Source: Laetmonice hystrix (lineage: Eukaryota). From it: a stretch of 64,000 nt of DNA. Position numbers and translations under genes: made by a program. The notes below the pieces were generated by a model. That model was not told the origin of the DNA and did not search any database. It saw only the letters and a list, made by a program, of their open reading frames with translations. This document shows, piece by piece, positions 51,201 through 61,677 of this stretch (position 1 is its first letter; every line of letters starts with the position of its first letter). The stretch spans positions 17,732,001 to 17,796,000 of the forward strand of contig OZ249441.1 of the NCBI GenBank assembly GCA_965235115.1, in the 5' to 3' direction.

Positions 51201-51990
51201 GTCTCGGCGCCCCGCAGACGTTTACGTCAAGTCTCAGTGGTAACCGCACCTAATGACTTAAAGTATGATTACATGTTAATTGGTTGCTGGTCTCTGTAAT
51301 CTAACTGTTGTAAAAAAATGTAGATCTAAAATGTTGCAATTAGTTTTCACTTGCATCTAGAAATTCACAGTTTGAATATAGGTATAGGCCTATTCTTCCA
51401 TAAATAGACTATCACTCCAACAAAAGCAGAAAAAAATATATGTTATCAATCAAATTTGTAGTATAACATTTTCTCATCATGGCTACAAGCCAAGAATAGT
51501 GTTAAAAGTAGCGTTTTGAAGGCGCCCTCTACAGATTTCACTTGGGTGTGACATTAAACAACTTTCATAACTCCAACAAGTCTGCCATTGTTTCCTTATG
51601 TAATGCCCCCTATTTAGAATATCTATGACTTCAGTAAAATTTCTGCGCAGTTGACTCAATAGTTGATACAAGTTTGTGTGGCGGTGACATTCGGGTGCGT
51701 GTTTATTATGGTGCCTTTAATAATCAAAAGTAGCAGGTGATGAGTGTTTCATTGTGCCAATGCCAGGTGAAAACGACACTTAATTTACACCACGTGTTCG
51801 CCCAATAACCTGCGACACCTCGACATAAAAGGTCTGGTTTTAACATCTAGCATGCTTTCAAAGCTTAGGTCTTTAATCGTTTGGTGAATTCAACAATGAC
51901 AGTAAAGGTTATGTCAAAGGAAGGTCATTATTATGATAATTGTAACATGTTGCATTCTTTATCCCACGATATGTCTTGTCATGATGTTTG

Positions 51991-53156
51991 CAGGCATCAT
52001 ACAATTCCTTTATTTTAAAGGAATTTCCTTTAAATTCCTTTATTTTTGTGAAAACCTGGAAAATTCCTTTATTTTCCTTTATTTTTGTGAAAAATTCCTT
52101 TAAATTCCTTTAACTTTTCCTTAGGGTAGAAACAATTTTTGAACCTCGTAAAATAACCCATCATATCCTAAAATGCACAGAATTCAAACATTTTGAAACA
52201 CTAAATCCTAAAATTTTTCAGCAGCTGCACTTGCAAAATATTTGAAATCTAATCTGTTTCAGTATGCAGGCCTCCCAGCAAAACCTGTAAAACCTAAAAA
52301 ACCTATTTTTCAACTTGGGAGCCTATAAATTTTTAAAATAACCTATATAATCTATATTTTTACTCTGCCATAACTTAAGAATTACTTTAAAGGGAATTTA
52401 TAAATTAACCTGACCCAAAGTATAGCCCAAATAACCATGACTTCTAAGCAGTTTGAATTGCCTGTTGGAAATTCAGCATGCACATGTACAGAAGTTAGAG
52501 AAGGCAACTCAACACCAATGGGCTAAATGAAGGACTTATGTGTGTGCATGGTGGGTCTAACCTGATGAACCAGACATTCTGGAGTCCTGCAAATTGGTTT
52601 TAGGCCTAGGTAATTTATCTAGTGTGGAGAACTTGAGGTAAGCCAGGGATGCTAACAAAATTACCTGGCTCAGTCTGTGTCTAGTAAGCTCAAGGATTTG
52701 AACATTTCTGGGCTCACGCATCCAGCTTTAGGGTATTTTTATCACCAAAAAAGTACACCAAATATTGTGTTTAGTTGCCAAATTCCCCACCAAAGATCTG
52801 GATTCCATACACTCTTTTTCTCTAAAAAAAATCGCGTCCCCAGAATGTTGAGGTCGCAAAATGAATTAAGGTCACTTCGCAACAGATTCGCGTGAGCCCC
52901 ACACTTGTATCATTGAACGTAACTATGGTAAACAAATTCCATACATAAGTGAGTTGAACCAAAACCAACTATATCACAACTAATATGGATATTAGCCTTT
53001 TTCATGTTTATATTTCATGAAAGGTCTAGGAATATTCCTTTAAAATTCCTTTATTTTTCTCAGAAATCGACGTAAATTCCTTTAAATTCCTTTATTTTTC
53101 TGGAAAAGAATTCCTTTAAATTCCTTTATTTTTTTGGGAGGGTGGTATGATGCCTG
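51991..53156. mobile_element. ~1.17-kb non-autonomous DNA transposon-like element with CAGGCATCATAC TIRs
   Basis: Perfect 12-bp TIR, extendable to 18/19 bp. Clusters of AAATTCCTTT repeats lie inside both ends. No transposase ORF. Confidence 0.65.
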
Positions 53157-53475
53157 GAAACATGATAACTTATCTGTATGACGACTAGTGCGTCGGGACT
53201 GAAGGTGTGGGCCTTGTAACTAGTTTTTCTTCCCTCGCTCTAAACATTTGTAAGACTTCAGGGCTTGTCTTACTGGGGCGATCGATGGCGATCGCTTGGC
53301 CATTTTTGCATCGCTGGGTTGTCGTCTGTGCCATCGCCGCCGTCTGGGCGATGATTTGCACTTCGTCGCCGGACCATTGGCGGTCATCGCCGACCAAAGC
53401 GATGGCATTTTATGGAACAGACCAAGGTCTGGCGATGGATGAGATATCGATCTCCCTAGTCTGTTCCCGCCTTAA

Positions 53476-53944
53476 GGTCTGGTTCTTCACGATATCATTA
53501 ACTTCAAAATGAAGGTACATATCGTAATAACCAGACCTTAGTCTGGTTATTAACGATATCGTTAACTTCAAAATGAAGGTACATATCGTTAATAACCAGA
53601 CCTTAGTCTGGTTATTAACGATATCGTTAACTTCAAAATGAAGGTACATATCGTTAATAACCAGACCTTAGTCTGGTTATTAACGATATCGTTAACTTCA
53701 AAATGAAGGTACATATCGTTAATAACCAGACCTTAGTCTGGTTATTAACGATATCGTTAACTTCAAAATGAAGGTACATATCGTTAATAACCAGACTTTA
53801 GTCTGGTTATTAACGATATCGTTAACTTCAAAATGAAGGTACATATCGTTAATAACCAGACCTTAGTCTGGTTATTAACGATATCGTTAACTTCAAAATG
53901 AAGGTACATATCGTTAATAACCAGACCTTAGTCTGGTTATTAAC
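53476..53944. repeat. 65-bp satellite built of head-to-tail mini-TIR units (1 diverged + 6 full + 1 partial)
   Basis: Unit = GTCTGGTTATTAACGATAT + 23 bp + ATATCGTTAATAACCAGAC + CTTA. Starts at 53541, 53606 and onward to 53931. Confidence 0.95.
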
Positions 53945-54610
53945 CTCCCCAACGAAAAAGTTTCATTTTTGCACGCATCTATTTCGTTAAACAACCGGGT
54001 GTTTAATCCTTTGAAGTTTGCTTTTGACACATTTTAACACTATAGTTTAACAGTATAGTTTAAAAAAACTTGATGAAATGTGTCGACTGCGACACGACTC
54101 TTGCCACTCAGTGTATCGTGAAGGATATTCGAACAACTTTGAGAGAAGCTTTTGAGTGATAACCACAATGATTTATTACGGGATCATTACCCAAAGAATG
54201 CAGTTAACTTCTTTAATAATCAGGATTTTGTTTGGAAAATTTCTTTTGCGTGCTGGTCTGAAATTGGTGTAGTTATGAAAGGGAAGGAAGGGTGCATTTA
54301 GGAGGAAAATCAAGGGTGCGTTATTGACTTAAAAATAGTATTACCTGCTTTCATTTTGGGGAAGGGGAGGTTCGCGTGATCTCGAGCAAGGTCATCAGCA
54401 GATATATCAGATCTAAAGTGAGTTCAAAGTGACGGTGGTCTTTGAAGAACTGATAAGTAAACTAGAAGAACTTGATCGCTGAGGGTTTTTAACGAAAAGC
54501 AAACACAATTTTTCGGCTTCCACTTCCGCCGGTTGGATGTTGTGTGTATAGGTCGGTTTAGTGTATCTGTTGGCAGTAAAAGTTGGATGATGAGAGGTTA
54601 TATATTTAAA

Positions 54611-54861
54611 AAAACAGTATCTGACATTCAGCAAAGGTGGTGTTAACGACGTCACTGCAGCCTAAATAAACCAGCAACCAAAATAAAAACAGTATCTGAC
54701 ATTCAGCAAAGGTGGTGTTAATGACGTTACTGTAGCTTAAATAAACCAGCAACCAAAATAAAAACAGTATCTGATGTTCAGCAAAGGTGGTGTTAACGAC
54801 GTCACTGCAGCTTAAATAAACCAGCAACCAAAATAAAAACAGTATCTGACATTAGGCAAAG
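54611..54861. repeat. Tandem repeat, 75-bp unit, ~3.3 copies
   Basis: AAAACAGTATCTGA recurs every 75 bp. Confidence 0.92.
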
Positions 54862-54942
54862 CCAAACTAATACGTTTGCCTTTATTTTATGCCAAATAGG
54901 CAGTACAAAAACTACCACACAAAAGTTGTAGGATATTTTTCA

Positions 54943-56545
54943 TGAGAAGGTTGGCAGTAGTATAATGATCAAGTACTGCATGGCCCCGAGGTTTAGAAGG
55001 TTAGCAGTAGTATAATGATCAAGTACTGCATGGCCCCTAGGTTGAGAAGGTTAGCAGTAGTATAATGATCAAGTACTGCATGGCCCCTAGGTTGAGAAGG
55101 TCAGCAGTAGTATAGTGATCAAGTACTGCATGGCCCCTAGGTTGAGAAGGTTGGCAGTAGTATAGTGATCAAGTACTGCATGGCCCCTAGGTTGAGAAGG
55201 TCAGCAGTAGTATAGTGATCAAGTACTGCATGGCCCCTAGGTTGAGAAGGTTGGCAGTAGTATAATGATCACGTACTGCGAGGCCCCTAGGTTGAGAAGG
55301 TTGGCACTAGTATAATGATCAAGTACTGCATGGCCCCTAGGTTGAGAAGGTCGGCAGTAGTATAGTGATCAAGTACTGCATGGCCCCTAGGTTGAGAAGG
55401 TTAGCAGTAGTATAATGATCAAGTACTGCATGGCCCCTAGGTTGAGAAGGTTGGCAGTAGTATAGTGATCAAGTACTGCATGGCCCCTAGGGTGAGAAGG
55501 TTGGCAGTAGTATAATGATCACGCACTGCGAGGCCCCTAGGTTGAGAAGGTTGGCACTAGTATAATGATCAAGTACTGCATGGCCCCTAGGTTGAGAAGG
55601 TTGGCAGTAGTATAGTGATCAAGTACTGCATGGCCCCTAGGTTGAGAAGGTTAGCAGTAGTATAGTGATCAAGTACTGCATGGCCCCTAGGTTGAGAAGG
55701 TTGGCAGTAGTATAGTGATCAAGTACTGCATGGCCCCTAGGTTGAGAAGGTTGGCAGTAGTATAATGATCAAGTACTGCATGGCCCCTAGGTTGAGAAGG
55801 TTGGCAGTAGTATAATGATCAAGTACTGCATGGCCCCTAGGTTGAGAAGGTTGGCAGTAGTATGATGATCAAGTACTGCATGGCCCCTAGGTTGAGAAGG
55901 TTGGCAGTAGTATAATGATCAAGTACTGCATGGCCCCTAGGTTGAGAAGGTTGGCAGTAGTATGATGATCAAGTACTGCATGGCCCCTAGGTTGAGAAGG
56001 TTGGCAGTAGTATGATGATCAAGTACTGCGAGGCCCCTAGGTTGAGAAGGTTAGCAGTAGTATAATGATTAAGTACTGCATGGCCCCTAGGTTGAGAAGG
56101 TTAGCAGTAGTATAGTGATCAAGTACTGAGAGGCCCCTAGGTTGAGAAGGTTAGCAGTAGTATAGTGATCAAGTACTGCATGGCCCCTAGGTTGAGGAGG
56201 TTGGCAGTAGTATAATGATCAAGTACTGCATGGCCCCTAGGTTGAGAAGGTTAGCAGTAGTATAATGATCATGTACTGCATGGCCCCTAGGTTGAGAAGG
56301 TTGGCAGTAGTATAATGATCAAGTACTGCATGGCCCCTAGGTTGAGAAGGTTAGCAGTAGTATAGTGATCAAGTACTGCATGGCCCCTAGGTTGAGAAGG
56401 TTGGCAGTAGTATAATGATCAAGTACTGCATGGCCCCTAGGTTGAGAAGGTTGGCAGTAGTATAGTGATCAAGTACTGCATGGCCCCTAGGTTGAGAAGG
56501 TTGGCAGTAGTATAATGATCAAGTACTGCGAGGCCCCTAGGTTGA
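54943..56545. repeat. Minisatellite, 50-bp unit, ~32 copies
   Basis: Unit GAGAAGGTTGGCAGTAGTATAATGATCAAGTACTGCATGGCCCCTAGGTT, with an internal inverted pair GCAGTA/TACTGC. Confidence 0.97.
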
Positions 56546-57327
56546 CAAAAGTAGAATCTTACCTCTTCTTATTCGTTTACAAACGGAGATAATGCTGTTT
56601 TATGGCCGCTCTGCTTGCCATTTATGTTTTCTCTCAGTCTATACTGTAGTCTCGTTGTTTAGGCCAAACAACACTGTATGCCAAAGTATTGATATAATTT
56701 AAAACTTTGACAGAGACGGTAGGTTATTTTCTTATTTAAGATGCAAATCTTAATTAAGACAATTACGAAGTGTATGAGTTCCCTGCTGCAGAAGAGGATG
56801 ACAGAAGTGACGGGCCCGCTAGGACTTTAACTCCTGTGAGAGAGGGCACTTGTACTCCTGGTTCAATAAGGTGCCACTTTCTGATTAGAAAGGTTGCGGT
56901 AAACGGGAAAAGGAAATATTGACATTAGCCATCAGTGGGCGAGAACGGTAAGGCTGCCACACACCTCGGGATCCTTGGTGTTAATCTAGTCGGAACTAAT
57001 CTTAAAGTGAGCGGAAGGTCAGCCCTAGCGGCGTGAAGGGGAACTAACTCTAACATCAGTCACCCGCTCAGTCGTCCGTCCCGATTGCCGAACGTGTCGA
57101 TCCAGGGACAGTGAGTCTGTAACGTTGATCAGGGACTGTTTTACGGATCATGATATCAGGATTACCGATACCTATCTGTAGGATCACCAACGTTTCCCCC
57201 TGCCCGACTCGTGCATCACGCGGGCCGTGCATGCCGTGCACGTCCGCCCGTGTTAGCTGTGCCCACACTACACCTGTCCTCTCCCGGACCGATGCTAATC
57301 TTCGCGCACCTGTTGGGACGATCCAGG

Positions 57328-57558
57328 CCACCGCCCCGACCAGCAGCAGGGGCCGCCCGCCCGCCTGCCACTGCCACCGCCCCGACCAGCAGCAGGGGCC
57401 GCCCGACCGCCTGACACTGCCACCGCCCCGACCAGCAGCAGGGGCCGCCCGCCCGCCTGCCACTGCCCCCGCCCGACCAGCAGCAGGGGCCGCCCGCCCG
57501 CCTGCCACTGCCACCGCCCCGACCAGCAGCAGGGGCCGCCCGCCCGCCTGCCACTGCC
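57328..57558. repeat. GC-rich minisatellite, 46-bp unit, 5 copies
   Basis: Unit CCACCGCCCCGACCAGCAGCAGGGGCCGCCCGCCCGCCTGCCACTG. Confidence 0.93.
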
Positions 57559-58694
57559 CGCCGCATGTCCCCTGTCACACTTTAGTCTCCACAAACCCTA
57601 CAAAAAAGTCCTCAAGGGTTATCTTAGAACGAGTGAAAAAGAAAAAAAAGCCGGCGGTGTATGTCTAGGTGTAATTGTTCTTTTTAAAGCTGTGTAAGAT
57701 GAGCACTGCGGGTCCCTTATCTCGACTGTGGAGGTGATAGCGGTCTCTGTCACAGGCCGGCAGAGGAACATGGCAAAGAAATAGGATAAAAAAAATGGTT
57801 TGATTATGGTGTGAATGATGTCGGTGATAAACGGCAACTGGTGGTGGATTGGTTGGTTGTAGGGGGTGGGGTAGGTGGGGTGTGACCCTAGCCTGGCGGT
57901 GTGGGGTGGCTGGTTGGGGGAGGCTGGGATCGTACAGCTGAGGTCTACCAGGTGCGTCATTGTATCAGTTGTGTAACCAGACAGTGACCGGTGTGTAATT
58001 GGGCAGAGTCTGGGGATGGGCTCCTGCTCAGAGACAGGCTCCCCACTCCCAGCCATCACCCCTACCTCCTCCCCCTCCCCCGTCCCCAAGTCTTCCGACC
58101 TACCCCCACCTACCGCACACACAATGCGCGGCCTGTTGTCTTGCGTAGCATGACGTGTCCCCTGGCCGTGGGTCACGTGATGTCTTGGCGTGTGTCGCCC
58201 ACGTGCCTAAAGGTGTGGGTGGGTGGGAGGGGTGGGGGCAGTGGCGACACCCAGCGGACATATCGTGAAGCTCTCTGAGCTCTGAGACCATGCACCTTAC
58301 CGTAATATTGGACTTAAGCCACCGAATACTAGCACCCACACATAGATCTCGGACCCTACGATTTGACATATGATGACACTAAGACCTGTAGGAACCATAG
58401 ATAACATATAACTCAGTCAATTGGTATTGGCGGGAGAGAACTACGACTCAAGGATATCGGTTGAGACATCATCCTTTCTTTCCAAACCTTTACCAGAATC
58501 GACCCCCCTCTTTCAAAATCGTAGATCAGGCTCCGCATTACATGTGACCTTTATTGACATAGGCCTACTCTTAATCTACTTATGTTCCTAAATTTAAAGG
58601 AAAAACTATATTAAAAGAAAGACGTGCTCAGGAACCACTGTGGATAGAGACCCCGAGTAATCAAATGACAGTGATGGTGGCTGGAGTCATACAC

Positions 58695-58797
58695 AATAAA
58701 ATCAGAGTGGTGATGGAGGCTGGTGTTATACTAGAAGGTTAAAATCAGAGTGGTGATGGAGGCTGGTGTTATACAGAATAAAATCAGAGTGGTGATG
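58695..58797. repeat. Tandem repeat, ~39-43-bp unit, ~2.5 copies
   Basis: AAAATCAGAGTGGTGATG at 58698, 58741 and 58780. Confidence 0.85.
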
Positions 58798-60566
58798 CTA
58801 CAAACACGAGGGTAACTACATGATGGCATAATGATGTCACATGATGTCATGAAGACCAGTCTACACCGTGTTTACGGCCAGACCACATCAAAGGTCTGGT
58901 GGCTAGAGGAGGGTGATGGGGGTGGGGAGGTGTCCTGAAAGCACGAAATCTCTCAGTCCCTCAGACGTCGGTGTGGAGGGTAGAGATACGGGTAGGGACA
59001 TGGAAGGAAGGCAGGACCTCTGGATTGACATGGGTTACGTACCACACCCCTCAGAGGTCAGAGTAGGAAAGGGTCAGTGTCGAGTCGCCCCTGTTGACCT
59101 CCGGCAGTACGCGTAAGGTAAATAAACTACATGTAAAAGGAAAGAAAGAAAGCAAAAAACAACAACAAAAAACATGAAATGCCACCGGAAGATGTGTTAT
59201 TCCGACTATACGTATACCTGGGCAATGTGGTACGTATGTGACTGAACTCCGAGACAAGGTTCAAATGAACCTGTTCCACAAAATGCACCTGCCTATGTCC
59301 CACCCAACCTCTGAAAGGTCATGGGTCATGGGGTCACGTCACGCATGGCATATAATAGAGCGATGACGGGTTAACACTCAGGTGCACTTCAGCGTGCTCG
59401 GGTTAACCCTTACAAGGTCACCGATCCTACCACTGATTAAACAGCCCCAGAAATTATAATAACTTCCCCCAAAAATGATTTCTCCAAATATCAACGGAGG
59501 GTTTGTATTGCTTAGAGGGATAATGTTTTATTTTTGTGTATTTGATAGTTGCCTAACGGAGGGTTTAAGTCGAGAAAAACAATTAAGGTTTTGAGAGAAC
59601 AAGAGCTCATGAGGAGTGGTCACCTTGAGGTGGTCAACCGTACTGGATAACAGGATTGACCGTCCATGAGGAAAAATGTGGCGATGAAAATCTGTCATAA
59701 AAACCTAGGCGGCGCGCAAAGCTGGTCTGTACCAGCGGGACTCGCCCGGGTATAAACAAATCCACTCTACACTAATACATTAAACCGCTGCATGTTTCGA
59801 TGAACTCCTATAAAGGATTTGAACCTGGAAATTTCTAAATGAAATTATGAGGAAATTGGGTGTGTTTTCTCGCCCTGGTGCGGTGGTCATATGTAGGGGG
59901 GGGGGGGGGGGTACCGCCAGTTGGCGAGGTCAGGAGTTGAGGGGTGGAGGGTGGGGGGGGGGTGTTCTGGACGGACCAACTCGGGTTTCAACTATGGTCG
60001 TCACGCAACATCTAATGTTTGCGAACCTTTTGAAGTGACTGCCATTATTAGGTTTGATACATTTAGAGGTGCAAGGTCACTTGGACAAAGCTCCGGGTAT
60101 GCCGCGGCTAATTTTCACATACTCTTAATGCGAAGCAGACCCACAAACTTATCGATATTGGTGGTGGAAAATTTCCGGCAATGTGAAAGTGGCTGAGAGT
60201 GGTGGAGAAGTCTTGTTTAGGGACTTTGAATTCTAATTGTCGAAGTAGCTGGTTCAGAGGTTATAGACCATTCATTTATGGACTTCCTTATCGGCCAGAT
60301 CAGTAGGCCTAGCATGGACTTGGTGAACCTGGGTTGTGGAAGTCCTTTCACCTGCTGAAGTACCTGTTCAGAACCTCACTGGATATGTTGTTATCTGGGA
60401 GTAGTTCCAGAAATTGAAAATGAAAACTAAGTTATCTTTTAAAGTGCGAACATAGGTGTCGGTTTGGGAATTTCAAAGGTAGAGGAGGGGCCCATGTTGA
60501 CAAAGTATCATTCTTAAATTAAAAACTACGACATTGCAATTAAAGATATACCTATCAACAATGAAG

Positions 60567-60820
60567 ACTGTTAACAAAAGCATTTACCTAAAAAAAACAA
60601 AAAATAACACTGTTTTAACGAAAGCATTTACCTAAAAAAAACAAAAATAACACTGTTTTAACGAAAGCACTTACCTAAAAAAACAAAAATAACACTGTTT
60701 TAACGAAAGCATTTACCTAAAAAAAACAAAAATAACACTGTTTTAACGAAAGCATTTACCTAAAAAAACAAAAATAACACTGTTTTAACGAAAGCATTTA
60801 CCTAAAAAACAAAAATAACA
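60567..60820. repeat. A-rich minisatellite, ~42-43-bp unit, ~6 copies
   Basis: Unit TTAACGAAAGCATTTACCT(A)nCAAAAATAACACTGTT with variable A-run length. Confidence 0.93.
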
Positions 60821-61620
60821 AGCGAGAAATCTCCTATAGAATCACAATACCACCTGTGAAAAATGTTAGTGAAATTATGTGTCACGAGTATATTTTGGTG
60901 TAGGGGGGGGAGGCGTTTTAGGAAAATTTACGAGCAGACGGACTCGACTTTACTGAAAAGAATTCGGACTGAAGAATAACTACAACACCGACTTTTCTTT
61001 AAGTACACGGTCGGGTTAGCAAAGGCATAATTTTATCAAATTCCATGCGCAACCCATGCAGGTAGACACTTAAGTTTGACTTGACGCCTTCTATCTGATA
61101 GAGGTACACAACTAGGTTGTAGATCAAACAGTGTGCCATGTGCGGGCTATTGAGATCCAGCCAGCCGTTCCTAATTACAGACTAGCACCAAGAACAAAAC
61201 GTCTAGCGGCATGTTGGTGGACTTATTTGTCTACAAGCGGTTTCACAACACTGTATGTAACCACATGCTGGCCTATTGGTGCTCCTGCCGACGTTTCTGT
61301 TCGGCAGTGCTGTGGGCTTAATTTACTGGAGACATGAAATCATACAATTGCAGCACGAGCCGCTGTAGTTTGTGTTTTTTTTTATCACTTGGTTCGGTTA
61401 TGTATGTTTCTGCCTTTTCCACCGTTTAAAGCCATCAAAGAGTTTTTCAGTTATTCAGCACCAATAGAAATCTGTAGGCTTTGTGATGACTTGACTAACA
61501 AGTAGCAGTCGTCGTTTTGCTGGCGGCAATATACCTAACAGACCTGTCACACTGAAGGTTTTACAAGGTTTTCGAACTCAGCGTAGCAAGGAAAATTCAG
61601 CGTAGGTTCGAGATACTCAC

Positions 61621-61677
61621 CTGTCGTCCATGAACAAGGCGTTTTTTGTCTTAAGGTTTCGATCAAGAAGTAGGCCT
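61621..61677 (-). CDS. Candidate 57-nt exon (GLLLDRNLKTKNALFMDD or AYFLIETLRQKTPCSWTT, frame unresolved)
   Basis: CCCTGTAACAG acceptor and strong CAG|GTGAGT donor on the minus strand. Two frames are open. Confidence 0.35.

Noticed and set aside
817-60820. CRISPR-like interpretation of the arrays
   Set aside because: There are no unique spacers between repeats and no cas genes, and the context is eukaryotic.
817-60820. Excess of unit lengths divisible by three
   Set aside because: 9 of 18 arrays against 6 expected is not a compelling excess.
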